The position numbers were made by a program, and so were the translations under genes. Source: Nitrosarchaeum sp. (GTDB lineage: Archaea > Thermoproteota > Nitrososphaeria > Nitrososphaerales > Nitrosopumilaceae). Taken from it: a stretch of DNA of 32,000 nucleotides. The notes beneath the pieces are model-generated. The model saw only the letters and a list, made by a program, of their open reading frames with translations, ran no database searches and was not told the origin of the DNA. The stretch lies in assembly GCA_018334095.1 (NCBI GenBank), contig JAGXTE010000001.1, positions 1 through 32,000 of the forward strand, read 5' to 3'. This document shows, one piece after another, positions 8,588 to 16,623 of the stretch (the stretch's first letter is position 1; every line of letters begins with the position of its first letter).

Positions 8588-9382
8588 ATGAAAGACGAGA
8601 TTGGGGATACTGTAAAAGACACCGAGGGAGATACAATAGGTATAGCAGACAGAGTCGAAATTCTATCCACTGAGGATTCAAAGCTAAAATCAATTGGCGA
8701 GATACTTAGCTCAGATTCAAGCAGAGCAATTTTAAAAATTCTATTTAATGATTCTCTAACTGCAAATCAAATATCTCAAAAGACAGAAATATCATTGCCG
8801 TTAGTAATTTATCATTTAAAAAAGATGCAGGATGCAGGAGTTGTAAAAATTACTAACATTGGAAAAAATACAAAGTCTCATGACATGAAGTTTTACACCG
8901 TAGACAAGCTTGCAATAGTAATATTGCCTGCGATGATGTCAGAGCCTGCAAAAAAGAGCAAATCATTATTTAATTCATTTACTAGAATTCACAGACTTGC
9001 AACACTTGGTGGCGCATCAATTGCTGCATGGTTTTCATCTCAACTGATTCAAAAAGGAAATGTAATGCCAGATGGGGGAATGTCTGCAACCAGTCCAATT
9101 CCACCAGATGCTCCAGAGATGGCACTCAAGTCAATGCCAGAAGAGTCTGCAGATGTAGCAATGGAGTCATTGCCAGTTGATGAGATGGCAAGAATGACAG
9201 GAGAATCTGCAGATACGATGATGCAGTCTGCACCAATTATGGATACTGCACCTATGGCTCAGACATTTGATCCAATAGTCCAGATACTTTGGTCTGCAGT
9301 TTCAGTTCTGATGGTAGTTGTTGCAGGACTAGTCATAGAAGTTGTAATTACCAAACGACGTAAAAACATCGCCAAACATTGA
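8588..9382 (+). CDS. ArsR-type winged-helix regulator fused to two TM helices and a Met-rich loop
   Basis: wHTH (RAILKILFNDSLTANQISQKTEISLPLVIYHLKKMQDAGVV). TM helices at about residues 138-156 and 223-245. The loop between them is rich in M/P/A/E/S/D. A/T-rich ATTATTAA is centred about 28 nt before the ATG. Confidence 0.7.
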   Translation: MKDEIGDTVKDTEGDTIGIADRVEILSTEDSKLKSIGEILSSDSSRAILKILFNDSLTANQISQKTEISLPLVIYHLKKMQDAGVVKITNIGKNTKSHDMKFYTVDKLAIVILPAMMSEPAKKSKSLFNSFTRIHRLATLGGASIAAWFSSQLIQKGNVMPDGGMSATSPIPPDAPEMALKSMPEESADVAMESLPVDEMARMTGESADTMMQSAPIMDTAPMAQTFDPIVQILWSAVSVLMVVVAGLVIEVVITKRRKNIAKH

Positions 9383-9415
9383 AATTTATATCAGATTAGA
9401 AAAGAATACCACAGA

Positions 9416-9880
9416 TTGTCAAGATCAAGATATTGGAAGATTACTCCAGACGAGATGGAGAAATTTGTGTACAATGAAGAGAAACTGCTAAACTGGGAGA
9501 TAAAGTGTGTAAGAGAACCAGAAGTGCAAGCAATCTTCATAGGTCTTTTCATGTATAGAAACGGCACACCATATGACTATGAATCAGTCAAGGGAATCAC
9601 ATATTATTACAACAACATTCCAAGAAAAGAGTTACCATCAATTACCAGTTTTCTGCAAGAGAAATTTGGAGGAAAAGAGATGGAAAAAGGGGAGAGGATA
9701 TTTCTTAAAGATTCAAAGGAAATCTATTCCAGCAGAGACATTGCAGCTTTGGCAAAAAGCATGGAACAGAAATTTAAGACAAAGGCAATCATATCTTTAG
9801 AGTTCCAAGACTTGAGTCTAGAGGAGCTCAAAAACGCTGGATTGCCTGAAGCAAAACTACTTCCAATTCCAGGCAAATAG
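9416..9880 (+). CDS. Hypothetical protein (154 aa)
   Basis: ORF only. The TTG start is supported by ATTTATAT ending 24 nt upstream. No family recognised. Confidence 0.5.
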   Translation: MSRSRYWKITPDEMEKFVYNEEKLLNWEIKCVREPEVQAIFIGLFMYRNGTPYDYESVKGITYYYNNIPRKELPSITSFLQEKFGGKEMEKGERIFLKDSKEIYSSRDIAALAKSMEQKFKTKAIISLEFQDLSLEELKNAGLPEAKLLPIPGK

Positions 9881-9908
9881 ATACATGCCAGTTTAGACGA
9901 AGACGGGT

Positions 9909-10700
9909 ATGTCAGACATTCAAGAGATTAATGAACATCTAAAACAACTAAGAAAGATAGTCATACGAATTGCAATATCGGTGGGAGTAATCACAATGTT
10001 TCTGATATCATTTCATGCAGAGCCAATTCAAATTAACGGGATTCAATTATACTATCCAACTCCAGACCCACTAAACAACATTGCAGCACAGATAACAAAT
10101 CACATGAGAGAAACTTTGGTTCCAGCAGATGTGCAGTTAATTCAAACAGCACCGGGCCAAGCATTCTTTGCTCAGATATACGTTGCAGCACTTACAGGAA
10201 TTGCATTAAGCATGCCAATTATCATCAGAGAGTTTGTTGTATTTATCACGCCGGCACTAAAAGAAAAAGAAATCAAGATAGCTAGAAACATCTCGTTGCC
10301 TGCTTTGCTGTTATTTGTTACAGGATGTATATTTTCATATATTTTTGTAATCCCATACATCTTAGATTTTCTTTACACATACGGAGAGTCTGCAGGACTA
10401 GTTACGTTTCTAAATGTAATTGATTTTGTTACATTTGTTTTACAGTTTCTGTTGGCATTTGGCATATCATTTCAGCTTCCACTTGTGATGTATGCAGTAT
10501 CACGAATTGGAATAGTTGATTCAAAATTTTGGCGAAGCAACATAAGATATGCGATTGTGGCAATTGTCATATTTGGAGCAGTCATCACTCCAGATGGAAG
10601 CGGTGTTACAATGTGGTTTATTGCAGGACCAATGATCGCACTATACCTCATAGGCATGGTAGCAATTGAGCGCAGTGAGCGCAAAATGTCGAACATTTAA
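9909..10700 (+). CDS. tatC: Twin-arginine translocase subunit TatC
   Basis: 263 aa and about 6 TM helices. Typical TatC layout (HL.ELR-like N-terminus, FGISFQLPLV, TPDGSG). Confidence 0.9.
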   Translation: MSDIQEINEHLKQLRKIVIRIAISVGVITMFLISFHAEPIQINGIQLYYPTPDPLNNIAAQITNHMRETLVPADVQLIQTAPGQAFFAQIYVAALTGIALSMPIIIREFVVFITPALKEKEIKIARNISLPALLLFVTGCIFSYIFVIPYILDFLYTYGESAGLVTFLNVIDFVTFVLQFLLAFGISFQLPLVMYAVSRIGIVDSKFWRSNIRYAIVAIVIFGAVITPDGSGVTMWFIAGPMIALYLIGMVAIERSERKMSNI

Positions 10701-10727
10701 ATCCAAAATCAACAATAAAGAATCAGA

Positions 10728-10928
10728 ATGTTTGAAGGAGTTTCAAATTTCATCCAAGGTCAAGAATGGATATTTATCATAATTATTGCAGTGGTGTTTA
10801 TTTTCGGTGCCAAAAAAATCCCCGAACTTGCAAAGACTTTGGGAAAAGCAAAAGGCGAGTTTGAGAAAGGAAAGATAGAGGGCGAAAAAGAACTAAAAGA
10901 CCTCAAAGATAAAGAAAAAACAGATTAA
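10728..10928 (+). CDS. tatA: Twin-arginine translocase subunit TatA/E
   Basis: 66 aa. One TM helix followed by FGAKKIPELAKTLGKAKGEFEKG, an amphipathic helix with the TatA signature. Confidence 0.85.
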   Translation: MFEGVSNFIQGQEWIFIIIIAVVFIFGAKKIPELAKTLGKAKGEFEKGKIEGEKELKDLKDKEKTD

Positions 10929-11344
10929 TTTTCAGCGATAATAGCAAATTCATCAATCATTTTAGAATATTCATTTGGAATCTTGTCTTTGCCAAAACTC
11001 AGTTTTTTTAGTCCTTTAAACTTCCAATCAATCTCTAAAATTAGTTTTGTCCCGTTTGGAAGCTGCTCATATCTTGTTGTGATATGAGTGCCCTTTGCAT
11101 CGCCGCCAACAATGAATAGTTCATGCAATATTGGTTCGTCAGTTACATGCTTTGCCATGATTACAAATTCCTGTCCTCCAAGCATCAGGTGCTCTTCTAC
11201 AAGTGAATGGTTTCCCCTAACTGAGATTGTTCTAGTTGAGGGATAGTATTGCGGAAGAATTTTTTGAAAATTTTCATAGTTTGTTGTAATGTCAAAAACT
11301 TTTTTTCTGTCAGCCTTTATGATCTTTTCAAAAACAATAGCCAA
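10925..11344 (-). CDS. SRPBCC (polyketide cyclase/START-like) family protein
   Basis: 139 aa. The N-terminus I.ADRKKVFDITTNYENF..ILP is typical of SRPBCC proteins. The stop abuts the ubiX start region. Confidence 0.6.
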   Translation of the reverse strand: MAIVFEKIIKADRKKVFDITTNYENFQKILPQYYPSTRTISVRGNHSLVEEHLMLGGQEFVIMAKHVTDEPILHELFIVGGDAKGTHITTRYEQLPNGTKLILEIDWKFKGLKKLSFGKDKIPNEYSKMIDEFAIIAEN

Positions 11345-11908
11345 TTATAATTTGAAAGTACCCCAACGAGGGTATAAACCGTGCTCCAGATCAAACTGGT
11401 CCAAACACTTTCCAACTCCGTGATTTACAATGTCATCAATGGTTTTTGGTTTTGTATAAAATTCTGTAACTGGCGGCAGTATTACAATTCCAAGTCGTGA
11501 TAGTTTCAACATGTTTTCAAGATGGATTGCAGAAAGTGGAGTTTCTCGAACCATCAAAATTAATTTTCTTGATTCCTTAATTGTGACACCTGCTGCTCTT
11601 GCAACCAAAGTATCATCGTATCCATTTGCAATTGCTGACAATGTTTTCATGCTGCATGGCGCTACAATCATTCCATCAACCTTGTGAGTTCCACTAGAAA
11701 CACTTGCTGCCATGTTTGATTCATCAGAGGTTGTAGTTGCAAGCGACTTTACATAGCCTATCTGAAATTCTGTCTCCATTGCAAGGCATTTGATTGCCCA
11801 CTCTGACATTATCAGGTGAGTCTCTACTCCCAATTTTTTCAATACTTCTAGCAAGCGAACCCCATAGATTACACCCGTACTGCCAGTAATGCCAACTATC
11901 AGTCTCAT
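11345..11908 (-). CDS. ubiX: Flavin prenyltransferase UbiX
   Basis: MRLIVGITGSTGVIYGVRLLEVL..., followed by PCSMKTLSAIANG and RETPLS motifs. Confidence 0.92.
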   Translation of the reverse strand: MRLIVGITGSTGVIYGVRLLEVLKKLGVETHLIMSEWAIKCLAMETEFQIGYVKSLATTTSDESNMAASVSSGTHKVDGMIVAPCSMKTLSAIANGYDDTLVARAAGVTIKESRKLILMVRETPLSAIHLENMLKLSRLGIVILPPVTEFYTKPKTIDDIVNHGVGKCLDQFDLEHGLYPRWGTFKL

Positions 11909-11965
11909 TGTAGTGTCTAATCATTCATGGTATTTTATCTATTAGATAGTATGATGGTTTTAGCA

Positions 11966-12103
11966 CTAGCTAGCTTGTGCCGCATCTGCAGCATCTAGTT
12001 TTTGCTGCTCTCGTCTTCGTTTAATCCACAAAGAAACTCCACCTGCTGCCATGGCAGTAAGCAAGATGACTCCTGCCATCTGCAGCTCAAAGGAATAAAA
12101 CAT
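11966..12103 (-). CDS. Possible 45-aa single-pass membrane micro-protein
   Basis: Hand-translated: MFYSFELQMAGVILLTAMAAGGVSLWIKRRREQQKLDAADAAQAS. Below the ORF-track cutoff, and no convincing promoter was seen. Confidence 0.25.
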   Translation of the reverse strand: MFYSFELQMAGVILLTAMAAGGVSLWIKRRREQQKLDAADAAQAS

Positions 12104-12172
12104 ATCATTACTGGAATGACTATCAAGAAAAATCTTGTGATTGGATAATTAGGTAATAATTTGAAAATTAGC

Positions 12173-12179
12173 TATATTA
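12173..12179 (+). promoter_or_regulatory. TATA-like box (TATATTA) for purP
   Basis: Centred about 26 nt upstream of the purP ATG at 12202, consistent with a leaderless or very short-leader mRNA. Confidence 0.35.
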
Positions 12180-12201
12180 GTTCCCGTATTCTAGTTATCT
12201 T

Positions 12202-13293
12202 ATGATTAGTTCTTCTGAGATTAAAAAAATTGTAAACGGATATTCTGATGTAAAGATTGGCGTAATGGGAAGCCACTCTGCACTTGAAGTGATGGATGGG
12301 GCAAAAGATGAAAACTTTCAGACTCGGGTATATTGTCAAAAAGGAAGAGAGGAGCCATACCAGAGATTTGGAAGAATAGCAGATGAGATTGTTGTTTTAA
12401 ATAAATTCAAGGACATGGCGTCTGCTAAAAATCAAAAAGATATGCGAGACTCTAATGTCATAATAGTTCCTCACAGATCCCTAACTGTATACCTTGGATA
12501 CAAAACATTGGAAAATTCATTTAAGGTTCCAATATTTGGAAACAGAAAACTATTCCAAGCAGAAGAGAGAACCGCAAAAAGAAACCAGTATTTTTTGCTA
12601 GAGAAGGCAAGAATAAAATTTCCAAAGTTGTTCAAAGACCCAAAAAATATCAACAAGCCATGCATCGTAAAGGTCCAGGAACTAAAAAGACCATTAGAGC
12701 GGGCATTTTTCACAGTATCATCTTACAAAGACTATAAAGAAAAATCTGAAGCAAAAATAAAACAGGGACTAATCTCAAGAAAGGACCTAGAAAAAGCAAG
12801 CATTGAAGAACTTGCAATTGGCACATACATGAATTTTAATTTCTTTCACACTCCAATGTCAAAACAAGTTGATTTTATTGGAATTGAGCGAAGACTGCAG
12901 ACAAACGTCCATGACTTTAATGCACTTCCTGCAAAACAGCAGCTAGACATCAACATTGATTTGCAAAACATTGAGGTAGGCCACACACCAGCTAGCATCA
13001 GAGAGTCGTTGCTTGAAAAAGTAATCAAGATGGGTGACAAGTTTGTAGCTGCAGTCAAAAAGGAATATGCCCCGGGAATCATTGGGCCATTTTCTTTGCA
13101 GAGTGTAATTACAAAGGATTTGGAGCTTGTAGTGTATGATGTGTCACTACGAGTCCCTGGAAACCCAATTGTTGCAACTACTAGCCCGTACACAAAATAT
13201 CAGTACGGCAAAACATTTGGAATTGGAAAAAGAATAGCCATGGAAATAAGACAGGCCCAAGAAGAAGGGCGTCTAGATGAGATTGTTACCTAA
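12202..13293 (+). CDS. purP: 5-formaminoimidazole-4-carboxamide ribonucleotide (FAICAR) synthetase, archaeal PurP
   Basis: 363 aa. The N-terminus I.VMGSHSALEVMDGAKDENF.T and an ATP-grasp C-terminal half are typical of PurP. Confidence 0.88.
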   Translation: MISSSEIKKIVNGYSDVKIGVMGSHSALEVMDGAKDENFQTRVYCQKGREEPYQRFGRIADEIVVLNKFKDMASAKNQKDMRDSNVIIVPHRSLTVYLGYKTLENSFKVPIFGNRKLFQAEERTAKRNQYFLLEKARIKFPKLFKDPKNINKPCIVKVQELKRPLERAFFTVSSYKDYKEKSEAKIKQGLISRKDLEKASIEELAIGTYMNFNFFHTPMSKQVDFIGIERRLQTNVHDFNALPAKQQLDINIDLQNIEVGHTPASIRESLLEKVIKMGDKFVAAVKKEYAPGIIGPFSLQSVITKDLELVVYDVSLRVPGNPIVATTSPYTKYQYGKTFGIGKRIAMEIRQAQEEGRLDEIVT

Positions 13294-13553
13294 GCAATTA
13301 CAGTAATTTCTGGAATCGAAGAACCGCCATAACCAGGATCAATTCTTTGTTTTGGATTTAGAGAAGTATCATGATGACATGCCTTGTTGCAAACAGGACA
13401 AAACTTTCTGTCAAGTACAATGCATTGGCAGATATGGTTTTTGACATATGCTTGTGCTGCCTGGTTCCATTCCCCAGTGCCATTGCAATAAACACAATCA
13501 TGTGAAGATATTGAGCCTAAGCCTTTGCAAAAATCACAAATGTCTTCAGTCAT
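13290..13553 (-). CDS. Cys-rich zinc-finger protein (DnaJ-type CxxCxGxG motifs)
   Basis: 87 aa. CDFCKGLG, CVYCNGTG, CQC and CPVCNKACHH. TTTAAAAA lies about 24-25 nt upstream of the ATG. Confidence 0.6.
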   Translation of the reverse strand: MTEDICDFCKGLGSISSHDCVYCNGTGEWNQAAQAYVKNHICQCIVLDRKFCPVCNKACHHDTSLNPKQRIDPGYGGSSIPEITVIA

Positions 13554-13781
13554 ATCTATATCTAATAACTAAACTAATTTTTAAATCAATATAATTGAAA
13601 TGCCCAAAGACATATTTCAACGAAGATGCAAAAAATATTGTTGATTGGCTAGATTGAGAAATATATCGAATACTCAACGGTTTTGGTTCAAATAATTTTA
13701 GAACGGTTTTATTTGGACCAGAATTGCTGGATGCCAATTAACAAAATCCAAACTCTTTTCTGTCAGGGAATAACAAAATGA

Positions 13782-14045
13782 TTGATGCCAAGAACCATCT
13801 ACATAAAAGAGATAATCACAATTCTAAAAGAGCCAAAGCTTTGTCCCAGATGTCAAAAAGACGATAGATTAGAAAAAAATATTGTCTTTGAGCGAAGATC
13901 AGATGGCCAGACAATTTTATGTTCAAGATGTGAGGCACTAACTGTAATTACAAATCACAATCTCAAGGAAGTTGAATTGTCAGCTGCAAAAGACTGTCAA
14001 GTAATGCTAAAAGAGCCACACTTGATTCGCAAAGTTACATACTAG
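13782..14045 (+). CDS. Hypothetical zinc-ribbon protein (CPRC...CSRC)
   Basis: 87 aa ORF. The start may be TTG 13782 or ATG 13785. Confidence 0.5.
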   Translation: MMPRTIYIKEIITILKEPKLCPRCQKDDRLEKNIVFERRSDGQTILCSRCEALTVITNHNLKEVELSAAKDCQVMLKEPHLIRKVTY

Positions 14046-14046
14046 A

Positions 14047-14283
14047 TTATTCTAGTAATTGCTGAATGACATAGGTTCTGACATGTGCAAACTCCCATTC
14101 CTTTAGGTCTGCGTTTTTGCATTCCTCTTTGATTATTAGTCCTGCCAATCCCTTGCTCCAGATGTGTCTGTTTACATCGTATACTTCGATTATTTTGCCA
14201 TGCTTTGTTATTTTGATGCTGCCATGGCATCTTTGGATAATTTTTGATGCAACGCTTTTGTACAGTTTATCCATGTTTGCCAT
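14047..14283 (-). CDS. Hypothetical protein (78 aa)
   Basis: ORF with protein-like composition. No family recognised. Confidence 0.45.
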   Translation of the reverse strand: MANMDKLYKSVASKIIQRCHGSIKITKHGKIIEVYDVNRHIWSKGLAGLIIKEECKNADLKEWEFAHVRTYVIQQLLE

Positions 14284-14356
14284 AAATGGTGGATAATTTT
14301 TGGGATATCAAAAAGTTATGTTTTGCAGCAAAAATACCAATATATCATAGAATGAA

Positions 14357-14433
14357 AATCATCAATTGCTGATGATTAAGAAAGCTATGTCTGATCTCTG
14401 ATGAGTTTGCCGAATTATGAAGCGTTTATGATT
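14357..14433 (+). ncRNA. Candidate C/D-box sRNA (weak)
   Basis: Intergenic. C box cTGATGA (14369-14375), D' CTGA (14391-14394), C' TGATGA (14399-14404), then 12 nt followed by ATGA (14417-14420, non-canonical D). The termini AATCAT/ATGATT can pair. The C-D' spacer is 15 nt, which is atypical. Confidence 0.2.
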
Positions 14434-14525
14434 TAAAATAGCCTCAAATAACTATGCTAAACTATGCCAAATTTTTTATCAGATAATTTTACTCTGAGAT
14501 CAAAGTTTTATGTTAAAATAACTAG

Positions 14526-15365
14526 TCATTTCTCACAGCCAATCCCATCTTTGTCCCCATCAAATCTATGAGGATCACTTCCCATTACTCTAAAGTTCTT
14601 GTATGATATATCGCCACAATCTAAATCCGGTGGATATGGCAGGATACAAACATCAGGATATGATGGGTCACAATTTTCTTTAGAATCTAGAGTCTCTTTT
14701 GGAATCACTTTAGGAGTTTCTTCGGGACTAGTTTTTAGAGTCTCTTTAGGAATAATTACAGGAGTAACTATCAGAGTCTCTTCTTTACATCCATATTTTT
14801 GAGCCCAAGATTCCCCTGAAAACTCACTTGTATCACAATATTGAGTCAAGATGTTAGCATGGCCATTTGATAGCAGCATTTCATTTATCACGCCACCTTC
14901 GCAGTAAACTTTGCCAAGCATTCTACCATACTGATCAAAAGGTTGCAAGTCATCTTGATCAACCGTAATCATGCTGTCCACAGGGCAATGCATTACAGTA
15001 AACAGAGTTGCTTCTTGGAATCCTAGTTTGTCTTTTTCGGGAGTGTTAGTCAATGACAAACGAATTTTATGATTTGCAGTATAAATTGTATCTCCATCAA
15101 CTATCCTGGTTACTTTTTCTGTGATACAATTTCCTGTGCAGTTGATAACTGTAGGTTCTGCAAAATCTGGAATGCTACAACTGTTTCCAGTCCACAGTCC
15201 TCCCTTTGAGAGACAATCAATTTTTTCTTTATTCTCGTCAGGTCTTGTATCTCCTTGAAATGTTGGTCTGTTGTCTTGCCACGTAGTAGGTGAGATAGCT
15301 GCAAAGACTGCAACTGCACCAATAACTCCTACAACAATAATTGCGATGATGATTAGTGATTTCAT
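14526..15365 (-). CDS. Secreted staphylococcal-nuclease (SNase/thermonuclease) homologue with C-terminal Excalibur Ca-binding domain
   Basis: N-terminal TM/signal. SNase motifs are present (VTRIVDGDTIY..KIRL...NTPE, DQYGRMLGKVY, INEMLLSNGHA). The C-terminal DCGDISYKNFRVMGSDPHRFDGDKDGIGCE (14529-14621) matches Excalibur. 4-nt overlap with the upstream gene. Confidence 0.85.
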   Translation of the reverse strand: MKSLIIIAIIVVGVIGAVAVFAAISPTTWQDNRPTFQGDTRPDENKEKIDCLSKGGLWTGNSCSIPDFAEPTVINCTGNCITEKVTRIVDGDTIYTANHKIRLSLTNTPEKDKLGFQEATLFTVMHCPVDSMITVDQDDLQPFDQYGRMLGKVYCEGGVINEMLLSNGHANILTQYCDTSEFSGESWAQKYGCKEETLIVTPVIIPKETLKTSPEETPKVIPKETLDSKENCDPSYPDVCILPYPPDLDCGDISYKNFRVMGSDPHRFDGDKDGIGCEK

Positions 15366-15844
15366 TTATTTTTTCTCCAAATCATAAAAATTACAATACC
15401 ACAAATTGAAACTATAGTCACTACCAAAATTAACGGAACATAGTAAATAAAATCAGATGTTGTTATCTGAGATTCATCTAGTAATACGGGAGGAGTACAT
15501 ATACTGACACTTCGTTTATCTCCAAATGCATAAACAAGATATGATTTTCCAATTTCAAAATCACTATACTGGATTGAATTATGACCTGAAGTTACAGTTC
15601 CATCATCTGCATCCCCTTTTAGAATACGAGTAACATCAAAGGTAATTGTATCGTATTCCTCAGTTCCAGGATGGATTTCTGGATGTGGATTGTAAATGTC
15701 AATGACAGTTCCAACAAATACCACATCTGCCTGCTGAAAATTGTAATACTCTGCACCTAATGGAGGTGGGGCTCCACATGATGCGTGTGCAGAAATGGGT
15801 AGAAATACAATTCCAATAATAATTATCAAAAGTATAGTTTTCAT
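15362..15844 (-). CDS. Secreted, C-terminally membrane-anchored protein; possible OB/NTR (TIMP-like) module
   Basis: Signal peptide ending ISAHA|SCG. ADVVFVGTV, F.V.RILKG, GKSYLVYAF and S.C in the same order as prokaryotic TIMP/NTR-like proteins. C-terminal TM helix followed by RKNK. Confidence 0.6.
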   Translation of the reverse strand: MKTILLIIIIGIVFLPISAHASCGAPPPLGAEYYNFQQADVVFVGTVIDIYNPHPEIHPGTEEYDTITFDVTRILKGDADDGTVTSGHNSIQYSDFEIGKSYLVYAFGDKRSVSICTPPVLLDESQITTSDFIYYVPLILVVTIVSICGIVIFMIWRKNK

Positions 15845-15850
15845 TTTCTC

Positions 15851-16588
15851 CTAGTTACAAAAGCCTATACATGATTCTAGTGTATCAAATGGAACAGAAC
15901 CACCACATCCTCCCCATGTAAAAGATTTGCAAGAACGAGATTCCCAATCAAAATAATATTTTTCTATCGATGCTTTGCAGACCCCAGTTTCAGGTACTTG
16001 ATAGCAATGCCTAGAACTTTCAGATTGATTTACCATTAATGCCCATCCCCTTTCAAATAATTTTAAAACAGAATCAGGTTTTACACATGTAAAATGACCA
16101 TTAGTCGATTTTACAACTAGTACTAATTCATCTCTACACTCAATGTCACTGTATAGAACTCCCAACTTGAATTGCTTTAGTGGTGAGACAACAAAGGTTT
16201 CACAGTTATCAGTTCTTTCTGTTGCTTCAGGCCAGTGAGCAAAAATAATTTCTATCTTTTCAGGACTCTTTGACTCAAATGATGCATAGTAAAAACAATC
16301 ATCAGTTGTTGCATTCGCATCTACCTCTTCTCCATTAATTAAAACAAATAGTTGACCACCTATCGGGTATACTATTGGGGCCTTGAGATCAAGGGTTGCA
16401 TTTTCTCCCAGATCAAAAATCACAGAGGCAGAAGCGTGATCAAAAGATGCAGAGTTTATGTTTTCTCCAGTATAGTAAACTTTTCTCACATCTTTTTCAA
16501 GATACATGAATATTTCTTCGGCATGAGATGTTTGAATTATGCTTGCAAATGCGATTATTCCAAGTCCTATAATGATTAACGATTTCAC
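15851..16588 (-). CDS. Secreted protein with C-terminal Kunitz/BPTI serine-protease-inhibitor domain
   Basis: Signal peptide; GTG start. The C-terminal 50 aa are CYQVPETGVCKASIEKYYFDWESRSCKSFTWGGCGGSVPFDTLESCIGFC, with Cys spacing 8-15-7-11-3 (BPTI is 8-15-7-12-3). GxCKA (P1 Lys), YYF and WGGC are conserved. Confidence 0.85.
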   Translation of the reverse strand: MKSLIIIGLGIIAFASIIQTSHAEEIFMYLEKDVRKVYYTGENINSASFDHASASVIFDLGENATLDLKAPIVYPIGGQLFVLINGEEVDANATTDDCFYYASFESKSPEKIEIIFAHWPEATERTDNCETFVVSPLKQFKLGVLYSDIECRDELVLVVKSTNGHFTCVKPDSVLKLFERGWALMVNQSESSRHCYQVPETGVCKASIEKYYFDWESRSCKSFTWGGCGGSVPFDTLESCIGFCN

Positions 16589-16609
16589 ATAAAATTTAAC
16601 AAAAGTATG

Positions 16610-16623
16610 AACTTAAAGATTTA
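16610..16623 (-). promoter_or_regulatory. Promoter cassette copy 2 (gene-sense TAAATCTTTAAGTT)
   Basis: The core ends 23 nt before the GTG at 16588. It presumably drives the three-gene operon 16588->14526. Confidence 0.5.

Noticed and set aside
11724-11924. 66-aa minus-strand ORF overlapping the ubiX 5' end in another frame
   Set aside because: The ubiX frame has the canonical N-terminal MRLIVGITGSTG flavoprotein motif. The alternative frame has no features.
13546-13737. 63-aa minus-strand ORF
   Set aside because: It lies in the intergenic/promoter region upstream of 13290-13553, has odd composition (S/I/Y/F-rich) and overlaps that gene's start. It is likely non-coding.
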